DNA of 64,000 bases from Anaerolineales bacterium (GTDB lineage Bacteria > Chloroflexota > Anaerolineae > Anaerolineales > Villigracilaceae). The DNA is taken from NCBI GenBank assembly GCA_041753035.1, contig JBGSVI010000091.1, positions 22,148-86,147 of the forward strand, read 5' to 3'. Below, one piece after another: positions 46,515 to 54,928 of this stretch. The number at the start of each line of letters is the position of its first letter. The stretch's first letter is position 1. The notes beneath the pieces are model-generated. The model worked only from the letters and a program-made list of their open reading frames with translations, did no database searches and was not told the DNA's origin. A program made the translations under genes and the position numbers.

Positions 46515-47618
46515 CTGGTGCTGTTCGTAGGTCTCGGTAAAATTATGTGTCCCTGAACCATCACATCTGGCCTGGAAATAATAGTACGGGGACTCTGCCG
46601 GGTAGGCGACAGCCGCCAGGGCATCCAGGCTGGGGTTGGCAATCGGACCCGGAGGCAGACCGCGAAAGAGATAAGTGTTGTAAGGGGAGGTGACCTGCAG
46701 ATCTGCGGTGCTCAACGGGGTAGTCCACCAGGAGGACTGGAGGGCGTTGAAACCAAGGGCATACTGGACGGTAGGGTCGGTCTGCAGGGGCATGTCGACC
46801 GCCAGTCGGTTGAAAAAGACCGAGGCAATGAGCGGCATCTCGTTATGATCCACAGCCTCACGCTCGATGATCGAGGCCAGGATGACCGCCTGGTAAACTG
46901 TCAGGCCACGTGTGGAGTAAGCAACCGTGTACTCTGGGGGAAGTCTAGAAGCGAAAGTCTGCAATAACAAGGAGACGAGTTGATCAGCGTGAGTGGAACG
47001 CGGCAGAGTATAGGCATCAGGGAATAGAAACCCTTCCGCAGAGGCACCCAGAGGCAAAAAAGCGGGAAGATCAACGGGAGAAGCAGCAGCAGTGAGAAAG
47101 GCATCCGGGGAGATATCCAGACCGGAGGTCGGCAAGGCAGCAGCGACCTCCTCCATGCGCCAGCCTGCAAGCACAGTGAACTTCACTTCAGTGAGGCTGG
47201 CGGAGGTCAAGATGGCGGCGATCTCCTCGGCAGAGAGCGCCGGGCTGAGGCGGAAGGTACCCGTCTGGATATAGGAATCCATACCCGTCCAGGCCAAGTA
47301 AATGCGGAAGGTGCGTGCGTCGGCAATCAGCCCCTGCGCCACCAGGCGGCTGGAGGTCGTGAGTGCATCCTCCCCGGCTTCGATGACAAATAGCTGTTCT
47401 GTTCCATCTGGATCCAGCGGGACCGCCAAGGCGGAACCCCGGGAGAGGAGCACCAGTCCATAATTGAAGCGCTGCCAGGGGTTGAGCGCCGGGTCTGGAG
47501 CTCCAAAGGAACTGCCTGCAGCAACTGGAACAGCGGTGCCGAGGGCGAGAAACAGCAAGGCCAGCAGGCTTATTGTGATCAGAACCAAAGAGAGACAGGA
47601 GCGTTTTTTCATGGTCAC
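46494..47618 (-). CDS. mltG: Endolytic murein transglycosylase MltG (YceG-like)
   Basis: 374 aa with an N-terminal TM anchor. YceG blocks ASIIEREA, VF.NRL...MPLQTDPTV.YA and YNTY...GLPPGPI.NP. Confidence 0.85.
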   Translation of the reverse strand: MTMKKRSCLSLVLITISLLALLFLALGTAVPVAAGSSFGAPDPALNPWQRFNYGLVLLSRGSALAVPLDPDGTEQLFVIEAGEDALTTSSRLVAQGLIADARTFRIYLAWTGMDSYIQTGTFRLSPALSAEEIAAILTSASLTEVKFTVLAGWRMEEVAAALPTSGLDISPDAFLTAAASPVDLPAFLPLGASAEGFLFPDAYTLPRSTHADQLVSLLLQTFASRLPPEYTVAYSTRGLTVYQAVILASIIEREAVDHNEMPLIASVFFNRLAVDMPLQTDPTVQYALGFNALQSSWWTTPLSTADLQVTSPYNTYLFRGLPPGPIANPSLDALAAVAYPAESPYYYFQARCDGSGTHNFTETYEQHQQNNCPR

Positions 47619-48040
47619 CGGTCAGAGTAAGGATGGTTGGCATCCAGGTAGGATTGCAGCAGGACGGCTGCCGCCAAGGCGTCGAGGTGCCCGAGGCGCT
47701 TCCGGCGGGGGACATCCATATGGATGCGTACCTGGCGGGCATCCTGCGTGGTGAAGGATTCGTCCCAGAAGACGATGGGCAGGTCCACCTGGGAGCGCAG
47801 GGCTTCCGCAAAACGTGCGGAACGGCGACCCTGCAGGTTCGGTTCTCCGTGCTCATCCAGCGACTGACCGATGACGATCAATTCTACAGCATGCTGACAG
47901 GCCTGGTCTGCCACGCGGGATGCATCCACCAAGCGGGCGATATGCTGGATGACAACCAGCGGTGCCGCGAGGGTTCCGGACGGGTCGCTGATGGCGAGGC
48001 CGATGTGTTTGCTGCCGTGGTCCACTGCCAGGATGCGCAT
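47615..48040 (-). CDS. ruvX: Putative pre-16S rRNA nuclease / Holliday-junction-resolvase-like RuvX (YqgF)
   Basis: Trimmed to the ATG at 48040: MRILAVDHGSKHIGLAISDP... The ESFTT block is DESFTTQDA. Confidence 0.85.
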   Translation of the reverse strand: MRILAVDHGSKHIGLAISDPSGTLAAPLVVIQHIARLVDASRVADQACQHAVELIVIGQSLDEHGEPNLQGRRSARFAEALRSQVDLPIVFWDESFTTQDARQVRIHMDVPRRKRLGHLDALAAAVLLQSYLDANHPYSDR

Positions 48041-48057
48041 GAAGAGTAAATCCAATA

Positions 48058-49542
48058 CTACTGCCCGACCAGGATAGTAATCCTGAAGGGGATGGCTGGC
48101 AGCCAGGGCCACCAGTTGGGCTGGAGGGAGATAAAGGGAGGCTGACCGAGGGACAGTGAGCTTTGCAGGGTCTCGACCGCTTGACTGGGGCGCTGACCAT
48201 TGACCAGCATGCCGATCGCAGCCGGATCGACCTGCAATTGGATCGGGCGGCTGGCAGTCATCTCCCAGCGCAGGGTTCCCGACTCAAGGGTCATGCCACC
48301 TTGTTCCAGAATGGGTGCATCCAGAGGGGTAAAACCAACTGGAAGATTGGCATCCAGAACTGCGACGGCAAGAGCCTGCAGATCGGCCTGGTCAGTATAC
48401 AGAGTGGTACATTCCACATCCATTACCAGGGACAGCGTTTCTCCCGGCTGCGCCTCGCCAGGAAGGAATGTCTCAGCGAGCACTTGCAGTTCGAGAGCAT
48501 CCGGCGAAGTGACCGCCCCTGGAGGGAGCAGGGGGAGAAGGTTCTCCTGGCATCTCTTCGCCAGGGCATCCAGGAGCATCAGGCGTAACGAGTCCTGGTC
48601 TGCTGGAGTGGGGCTGGGCACCTGTGCATCGCTGCCGCCAGTGAAGGGTTGGGGATTGGTGACCGCCAGGTCAGCGCCTAGCAGCCCCTCGAGCGAAGCA
48701 AGCGCCCCGACCGGGAGGTTGCCGCCCGGTCCGGCGACGAGGGCGCGCACGGGGATTTGCAGCGTCTGCCCCACTCCGGCGGGTAGAATGGCATCCTCCA
48801 GCGTGGCAAAGCGCCAGGCGGGGACATCCAGTGTACGCACCACCGTCCCGGCAGGGATGCCAACCAAGGCCACACTCAGGTTCTCGAAGCGCGCCAACCC
48901 TTCGGCAAAGCCAATCGGGATGGATGTTAGGCCGCTGGAGGCGATCGTCTGGCTGCCGCGCAACGGGAGCGTAAGTGCGTCTGCGGGGACCGCCCCAGCC
49001 AGGGCGACATCGGTTACATCCAAACTGGCATGCACCGGGATGCTGACAACCTGGTAGTGCATTTCGGGGACCAATGCGATCGAAGCGGTGGGGAGGAAGG
49101 TGACCAGGATGGCAAGGACGGCAGAAAACCCAAGCAAGAAGAAGAGCAAGCGTACGGGGGAGTAAATCCGCCAGGCAGGCTGGTCGGGAGAAAGCGCTTT
49201 GTGTCGGAGGCGCAGGTCGATCCGAGGAAGGTGGCGGGAAGGATGCGGCAGGGATACAGCGCCTCCCCATTCTGCACTACGGGCAGAGGCAAGGTCGGCA
49301 AAGACTGGCACGCCGAGGCGGGTGCAGTGGATTCGCACCCAGCGGGAGGAGGCGACCAGCGCCATTTGGGCACCAAGATGAGCAGCATGCCGCTTGAGAA
49401 GGAGAAGGTCGAGGTCGCGCGGCAGGATGCGCGCATGGTCAGGAAAGACGAGCAGGATGCGTTCCGACTTCGACCACGACATCTTGTCGCGCACGGAAAC
49501 AATATCATCATGTCCAACCAGGTGGATGACATGCGTTTTCAT
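48058..49542 (-). CDS. Hypothetical single-pass membrane protein with extracytoplasmic baseplate-J-like region
   Basis: 494 aa. A ~115-aa cytoplasmic N-domain, a TM helix (VRLLFFLLGFSAVLAILVTFL), then a beta-rich region containing VRALVAGPGGNLP...VTNPQPFTGGSD. From memory this resembles the baseplate J/gp47 signature. Confidence 0.6.
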   Translation of the reverse strand: MKTHVIHLVGHDDIVSVRDKMSWSKSERILLVFPDHARILPRDLDLLLLKRHAAHLGAQMALVASSRWVRIHCTRLGVPVFADLASARSAEWGGAVSLPHPSRHLPRIDLRLRHKALSPDQPAWRIYSPVRLLFFLLGFSAVLAILVTFLPTASIALVPEMHYQVVSIPVHASLDVTDVALAGAVPADALTLPLRGSQTIASSGLTSIPIGFAEGLARFENLSVALVGIPAGTVVRTLDVPAWRFATLEDAILPAGVGQTLQIPVRALVAGPGGNLPVGALASLEGLLGADLAVTNPQPFTGGSDAQVPSPTPADQDSLRLMLLDALAKRCQENLLPLLPPGAVTSPDALELQVLAETFLPGEAQPGETLSLVMDVECTTLYTDQADLQALAVAVLDANLPVGFTPLDAPILEQGGMTLESGTLRWEMTASRPIQLQVDPAAIGMLVNGQRPSQAVETLQSSLSLGQPPFISLQPNWWPWLPAIPFRITILVGQ

Positions 49543-49550
49543 CGCACTCC

Positions 49551-49556
49551 ATTATA
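49551..49556 (-). promoter_or_regulatory. -10 hexamer TATAAT 8 nt upstream of the 494-aa gene ATG (near-leaderless geometry)
   Basis: The minus strand reads ccgtTATAATggagtgcgATG. Confidence 0.3.
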
Positions 49557-49678
49557 ACGGCAGAACGATGGGGAGGAAGACACGAAGCGATCTCCAAATC
49601 AACAGATTTGGAAAAAGTTCCAGGAGATCACTTCAGGCGGGAGAACACCGCCCTCGCGATGACACAAATCCCCCAAGG

Positions 49679-52420
49679 TTATTCTTGCTTGCCTACCACC
49701 CATGCCCGTACACCTGCCAGGGCTGAGGGCAGGCTGGAGAGGTCGCGTCCCCCGCCAAAGGCGAGATGCGGCGCTCCGCCACCACCCGCACCTAACTGTT
49801 TCGACAAATAACCAACCAGTTCGCCTGCTTTGAAACCCTGTTTGATGAGATCATGGGTGACAGCCGCCATAATGATGACCTGATCGCCGTTGGCTGCAGC
49901 GAGAACACAGATGCCGTTGGAGGGGTATTTCTCGCGGAACTTATCCGCCAGGGAAGCGAGGGTGTCCTTGTCAATCCCATCGAGCCGGGCGGTCAGCAAA
50001 TGAACACCATTCACCATCTCCACGCGATCGAGTTGAGCAGCGAAAGCAGCCAGCGCCAATTCAGTCTTGAGCAGGGCAACCTGTTTTCGGGCGAGGACCA
50101 ACTCCTCCTGGAGTAGATCTACGCGCGCCGGGAGGTCTTCGACGGCTGACTTGAGGGCAAGAGCGGATTGCTTGAGCAGGCGGGATCGCCGGGCTGCCAG
50201 CTCGTATGCGCCCCGTCCGGTCACCGCTTCGATGCGGCGCACGCCAGCCGCAGCGGATGATTCGGAAACGACCAGGAAGAGACCTACATCTGAGGTGCGT
50301 TCAAGGTGGGTTCCACCGCATAGTTCATAAGAATGAGGATCCTCCTTGAAAGGCGGGGAGATGGTGATCGTACGCACTGTCTCGCCGTACTTCTCACCAA
50401 AAAGCGCCATGGCACCTTCGTCGATCGCCTGCTGGCGTGCCTTTTCCCGCGGTATGACCTGCAAATCGGCGGCGATGGCAGCATTGACCAGGCGCTCGAC
50501 ACGCTCCACTTGTTCGCCGGTCAGCGACTCGGGGTGGTTAAAATCGAAGCGCAAGTGATCTGGTGCAACCAGAGAACCCGCCTGGACGGCATGCCCGCCC
50601 AACACCTGATGCAGGGCGGCATGTAGCAGGTGTGTGCCAGTGTGATTGCGCATGATGTCGTGCCGGCGGACTGCATCAACGAGGGCCACAGCCTCGTCAC
50701 CTATCTTCGGGTGTCCGAAGACCACTTCGCCCTGGTGAATGATCACCCCTGCGGAAGGTTTGCGCATCTCGTCCACCTCGATCTCCCAGGAACCATCGGC
50801 CGCGCGGATCCAACCCATATCCGAGACCTGACCGCCAGATTCGATATAGAAGCCGGTCTTTGGTAGGAGAACTTCGACCCGATCCCCCGCCCCAGCAGTG
50901 GTGACCATTTCAGCATTCGAGACCAGTGCCAGAAGCGCACCCTGCACCTGCAGCCAATCATAGGGGTTATAGGCCACACCGTCCTTGCCCAGTTGTCCCC
51001 CCTTGACCAGGGTTCTAAGTACAGAAGTATAGAACTCGGCGTCCTCGCCGCCCATGCGGCCCATCGCTTTACCGCCGCCGGAGGCGAGGCGATGTTCTTC
51101 CATGGCAGCCTTAAAGCCAGGCTCATCCACTTCCATTTCCTGCTCGCGGGCAATGTCGCGGGCGATCTCCAGCGGTAGGCCGTAGGTGGCATACAGATCG
51201 AAAGCTCGGCCCCCTTCCAGAATCTGCTTATTATTCCTCTTTAAATCGTCAAGCATACCCTGCAGGTAGGCGGTGCCGGATTCCACCGTGCGGGCAAAGC
51301 GCTTTTCCTCGCGGGTTAAATTATCGAGGATGGCCTCGCGGCTGCTGAGCAACTCCGGATAGAAGTCGCCATAGGAAACGATAATGGCCTCGGCCACCTT
51401 TGCGAGGAATGGATCGTGCAGACCGAGCTTGGTGCCAAAACGCGCGGCACGGCGCACGATCATGCGGCAGATGTAGTTACGCCCCACATTGCCGGGGACG
51501 ACACCATCAGCGATGAGGAACGCAGCCGCACGGGTGTGGTCGGCAACGACACGGTAGGGGGTGAAATTCACCAGCATCTGCGCAGGCGAATCGCCGGTGA
51601 GAGAGCGCAGTGCTTCGAGTGCCCCCTGGAAGAGATCGATCTTGTAGTTCGAGTCGACACCCTGGAGCACGGAGACAATGCGCTCAAAGCCCATGCCTGT
51701 GTCCACGTGAGTGGCGGGCAGGGGTTCCAGGTTGTCTGGACCGGTGCGGTTATACTGGATGAATACATTGTTCCACAATTCCAGGAAGCGGGTACATTCA
51801 CCGTTCACCCCGCAACGGTGCGGTTTACCTGCGAGGTTGTCGAATGCCTCGCCGCGGTCGATGTGTATCTCGGAGCAGGGTCCACAAGGCCCGGTTTCGG
51901 CCATCTCCCAGAAGTTCTCTTTCCGCCCAAAGTAGAGGATGTGATCGGAGTGCATGCCCGGCTGCTGCTGCCAGATCTGCGCAGCCTCTTCGTCTGTGGG
52001 GATGGAGCCCTGCTCATCCTTGAAGCAGGTGGCATAGAGCTTTTCCCGGGGCAGTCCCCAGACATCGGTGAGCAACTGCCAGGCCCAGGTGATGGCTTCC
52101 TTCTTATAATAATCGCCAAAGGACCAGTTCCCGAGCATTTCGAAAAATGTGTGGTGAAAATCGTCCCGACCGACCTCATCGAGGTCGTTGTGCTTGCCGG
52201 CGACGCGTAGGCATTTCTGTGAATTGGCTGCGCGGGTATAGGGGCGCTTGTCGGTACCCAGGAACACATCCTTGAACTGGACCATGCCGGCGTTGGTGAA
52301 GAGCAGGGTGGCATCGCCCCCCGGGACGAGCGAAGCGGAGGGGACGAAGGTGTGGCCCTGTTCCTCAAAGAAATCGATAAAAGACTGGCGGATTTCCGCA
52401 CCGGTAAGTTTCTTGCTCAT
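49679..52420 (-). CDS. alaS: Alanine--tRNA ligase
   Basis: Trimmed to the ATG at 52420, preceded by AGGAG. N-terminus MSKKLTGAEIRQSFIDFFEEQGH, class II core, the editing-domain HxxxH (HTGTHLLH) and a C-terminal DHHA1-like region. Confidence 0.95.
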   Translation of the reverse strand: MSKKLTGAEIRQSFIDFFEEQGHTFVPSASLVPGGDATLLFTNAGMVQFKDVFLGTDKRPYTRAANSQKCLRVAGKHNDLDEVGRDDFHHTFFEMLGNWSFGDYYKKEAITWAWQLLTDVWGLPREKLYATCFKDEQGSIPTDEEAAQIWQQQPGMHSDHILYFGRKENFWEMAETGPCGPCSEIHIDRGEAFDNLAGKPHRCGVNGECTRFLELWNNVFIQYNRTGPDNLEPLPATHVDTGMGFERIVSVLQGVDSNYKIDLFQGALEALRSLTGDSPAQMLVNFTPYRVVADHTRAAAFLIADGVVPGNVGRNYICRMIVRRAARFGTKLGLHDPFLAKVAEAIIVSYGDFYPELLSSREAILDNLTREEKRFARTVESGTAYLQGMLDDLKRNNKQILEGGRAFDLYATYGLPLEIARDIAREQEMEVDEPGFKAAMEEHRLASGGGKAMGRMGGEDAEFYTSVLRTLVKGGQLGKDGVAYNPYDWLQVQGALLALVSNAEMVTTAGAGDRVEVLLPKTGFYIESGGQVSDMGWIRAADGSWEIEVDEMRKPSAGVIIHQGEVVFGHPKIGDEAVALVDAVRRHDIMRNHTGTHLLHAALHQVLGGHAVQAGSLVAPDHLRFDFNHPESLTGEQVERVERLVNAAIAADLQVIPREKARQQAIDEGAMALFGEKYGETVRTITISPPFKEDPHSYELCGGTHLERTSDVGLFLVVSESSAAAGVRRIEAVTGRGAYELAARRSRLLKQSALALKSAVEDLPARVDLLQEELVLARKQVALLKTELALAAFAAQLDRVEMVNGVHLLTARLDGIDKDTLASLADKFREKYPSNGICVLAAANGDQVIIMAAVTHDLIKQGFKAGELVGYLSKQLGAGGGGAPHLAFGGGRDLSSLPSALAGVRAWVVGKQE

Positions 52421-52587
52421 GCCTGGCTCCTGGGTGGTTAAGAATGGGCGAATTATACCCGTCCCGGTCACAAATTGCATATTTTCAAGAATTTAAACAC
52501 GCCATTTGTGAATACGGTCATTCCATACTCACATCGGGTGAAAGATTCGATTGCAAGATAATCAAACAGCCTCGGAGAGGTCCAAAG

Positions 52588-52596
52588 TGGTAGAAT
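52588..52596 (+). promoter_or_regulatory. Extended -10 element TGgTAGAAT upstream of the lipoprotein/FecR-like gene
   Basis: The sequence is aaagTGGTAGAATcc, 38 nt upstream of the ATG at 52634. Confidence 0.4.
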
Positions 52597-52633
52597 CCAA
52601 GCCAAACTCAAGCCAACAGAAAGCCAAGGCAAG

Positions 52634-52738
52634 ATGCACCATTATTCATTCCTCTTTTTGTGTGTGACCCTACTGCTGAGTGCCTGCGGGGGCACCCCCC
52701 GGCTTCCCTGGAAGCAAGGAATGCCACCTTCACCTTGA
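52634..52738 (+). other. 34-codon mini-ORF encoding only a lipoprotein signal peptide (MHHYSFLFLCVTLLLSAC...), out of frame with the downstream FecR-like ORF
   Basis: ATG at 52634, a hydrophobic h-region, the lipobox LLSAC and a stop at 52736-52738. The downstream ORF is in the -1 frame and overlaps it. Confidence 0.6.
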
Positions 52739-53637
52739 TACTGAATGATGTCCAGATGCGCCGCAGTGCAGACGATGCTCTCCAGACGGCCTTGACCGGG
52801 CAAGTCGTGACCATCGGAGGCGAAGCACACAGCGGTAGCAATGGGCGAGCACGCCTTGACCTAACCCCGGATGGCACCATCATCCGAATCGGGCCGGAGA
52901 CGATCTTTACCCTGGTAGCGCTGGAAGATAATGACCAGGGACCCTTTTCCATGTTACAACTTCTCCTCGGCCAAGTGTGGATCAATTTAAGCGCCGGGAG
53001 GCTGGAAATCGAGACCCCCTCCGGCCTGGCAACGGTACGCGGTAGCCTGATGTCAGTCGAATATAGCGAACAGGTTGGCATGGAGATCACCTGCATGGAA
53101 GGGCATTGCACGCTGGGCAATGATCACGGAACCGTGGAACTCACAGGCGGCGAGTCTTCTTCCATCTCCGATCCGCAAAGAGCACCAACAGAGCCTGAAC
53201 CGATGAGCGAAGGGGACTACCAGGAATGGCAAGAGATCAGCCCCGAGGCATTGGAAGGACAGACGTCAGCCATCCCTCCAGATGGCGGGATTGTGATCCC
53301 GGACGAAGCCAAGGGGAAAATCAATACCAGGCTGTTGACCTTCAGCCTGACGAACAACTGCACCGATGTGAACATGGGAGACATGATCGGTGACTGGCGG
53401 TGGCAATTCCAGAGGCTGGAAGATGAAAATGGATCCGGCTTCAGCGAACAGGTAGTCATTCCCAGCGGTGAAACGGTGAGTGGAACCTTACCAGCTGGAC
53501 AATACATGGTCACGGACTGGTTCCCCAATGGCCAACAACACGGACCAGCGACGGTTAATTCAGACGACATCAGCCTGAAGGTGATGAATTGTCCTGATGG
53601 CAGACAACCACCTGCCCCATTACTGCCCAACCCATAA
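52660..53637 (+). CDS. FecR-domain-like secreted protein; 5' end apparently frame-disrupted (possible pseudogene or assembly indel)
   Basis: 325-aa track ORF with a GTG start and no signal peptide in frame. It has a FecR-like beta segment (ARLDLTPDGTIIRIGPETIFTL ... VWINLSAGRLEIETPSGLATVRGS). Confidence 0.6.
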   Translation: MCDPTAECLRGHPPASLEARNATFTLILNDVQMRRSADDALQTALTGQVVTIGGEAHSGSNGRARLDLTPDGTIIRIGPETIFTLVALEDNDQGPFSMLQLLLGQVWINLSAGRLEIETPSGLATVRGSLMSVEYSEQVGMEITCMEGHCTLGNDHGTVELTGGESSSISDPQRAPTEPEPMSEGDYQEWQEISPEALEGQTSAIPPDGGIVIPDEAKGKINTRLLTFSLTNNCTDVNMGDMIGDWRWQFQRLEDENGSGFSEQVVIPSGETVSGTLPAGQYMVTDWFPNGQQHGPATVNSDDISLKVMNCPDGRQPPAPLLPNP

Positions 53638-53640
53638 AAA

Positions 53641-54198
53641 ATGCAAAAACCTGCGATCCTGCTTTTCAGTGTCCTCCTGCTGACCGCCTGCAACCTGCCC
53701 ATTCAGGAGGTGGGGAATGTGCCTTTATTGGACAAAGAACCCCCTGCAACCGAGGCACCGCTGCAGCCGCGCCTCTGCGCCTGGATGTGGGCCACCCAAC
53801 TGTTGCCGGAACTGGGGCAGGAGGTGCAGGCGAGGCTGGAAGCTGCCGGATTGGAGAATATCAGTGTGATCGCCGAAGCGTATGGTGAAAACTGCATCGA
53901 CAGCCAGACCAATGAAGTGACCTCTTTTGCGGCAATGGAAACCGATTTCCGCATCAGCGTGGAAGTGAAGGACCTCAGCGATCGCGCTGCCCTGGGGGAG
54001 ACCCTGGAAAAGATCCTGTCCGTTCTAAACACCTTTTCCCCCGAGGAAACCCCTGGGCCCCAGCCGGGGTATATCGGAATCCGTTTTTTCCAGCAATCAG
54101 ACGAACTGAACCTTTGGTTCACGGTGCAGGATGGTGAAGTGGCGCGGGGAAAAGGATTGCACGGAGCAGAACTTCTGGAAGACCTGATGAACCGCTAG
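53641..54198 (+). CDS. Hypothetical lipoprotein
   Basis: 185 aa with a signal peptide and the lipobox LLTAC. It starts 3 nt after the upstream stop. Confidence 0.55.
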   Translation: MQKPAILLFSVLLLTACNLPIQEVGNVPLLDKEPPATEAPLQPRLCAWMWATQLLPELGQEVQARLEAAGLENISVIAEAYGENCIDSQTNEVTSFAAMETDFRISVEVKDLSDRAALGETLEKILSVLNTFSPEETPGPQPGYIGIRFFQQSDELNLWFTVQDGEVARGKGLHGAELLEDLMNR

Positions 54199-54236
54199 CT
54201 GGCTCCAATTCCTGCCAGTCCCGTCTCTTTTCCGGC

Positions 54237-54242
54237 TATAAT
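54237..54242 (+). promoter_or_regulatory. -10 hexamer TATAAT 7 nt upstream of the ATG at 54250 (leaderless geometry)
   Basis: The sequence is ggcTATAATagcccgcATG. No SD is present. Confidence 0.35.
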
Positions 54243-54249
54243 AGCCCGC

Positions 54250-54900
54250 ATGTCGCAACTCATCTTCAACCTTCTCGGCCTCGGTGGGACAGGCATCGTC
54301 CTTGGGACAATCGTGGTATCGGTGATCCTTTATCGTGGCAAACAAGGAGAAAGATATTCCCTGTTCAACCGTTTCATCTCAGAACTGGGTGACGTGGGGG
54401 TCTCCAGGGGGGCGTGGATCTTTAATCTTGGGTTAATCCTGGGAGGCATGTGCCTGCTGCCCTGCGTGGTCTGGTTGGGCATCTTCCTGAACAGCCTGAC
54501 TGGATGGTTGGGGATGGCAGCAGGTATCATCGCAGCGTTAGGCGTGACTGCCGTGGGTTTCTTTCCAATGAACAACCTGGAGTCACATACAAAGGCAGCA
54601 ATGACCTTCTTTCGGGGCGGGCTGGTGATGATCTTCTTCTTTGGCCTCGCGCTGCTCCTGCAACCTTCCGGGGAGGCAGGATTCCCCAAGTGGATCAACT
54701 GGCTCAGTCTGGTTGCAGTTTTCTTCTACACCTGGTTCCTGATCCAATTGACCCTGCGTGTGCGCAAGAAACAGGCAGCCGGTGGGCTTGAAGCCGAAGA
54801 ACAAAGCGACCATGCCCGGTTCAGGCTGCTGCCAACCCTGGAATGGGGTGTATTCCTTTCCACCATCGCCTGGCTCTGCGCAGTTTCCCTCTCGATCTAG
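54250..54900 (+). CDS. Hypothetical polytopic membrane protein (DUF998-like by pattern)
   Basis: 216 aa with ~6 TM helices. The FISELG motif after TM1 is reminiscent of DUF998. Confidence 0.5.
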   Translation: MSQLIFNLLGLGGTGIVLGTIVVSVILYRGKQGERYSLFNRFISELGDVGVSRGAWIFNLGLILGGMCLLPCVVWLGIFLNSLTGWLGMAAGIIAALGVTAVGFFPMNNLESHTKAAMTFFRGGLVMIFFFGLALLLQPSGEAGFPKWINWLSLVAVFFYTWFLIQLTLRVRKKQAAGGLEAEEQSDHARFRLLPTLEWGVFLSTIAWLCAVSLSI

Positions 54901-54928
54901 AAAACCATCTTCACCAGGAGAAACCACC

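Noticed and set aside
49585-49612. A hairpin CCAAATC-aaca-GATTTGG downstream of alaS as its terminator.
   Set aside because: On the transcribed (minus) strand the T-run precedes rather than follows the 7-bp stem, so it is not a canonical intrinsic terminator. I left it unannotated.
52421-52633. A possible T-box or other riboswitch in the 213-nt region upstream of alaS.
   Set aside because: On the minus strand a TATAAT (52452-52457) lies only ~30 nt from the ATG, with an AGGAG SD in between. That leaves too little leader for a T-box, and I found no T-box consensus (AGGGTGGTACCGCG-like). The rest of the spacer is better explained as the promoter region of the divergent lipoprotein gene.
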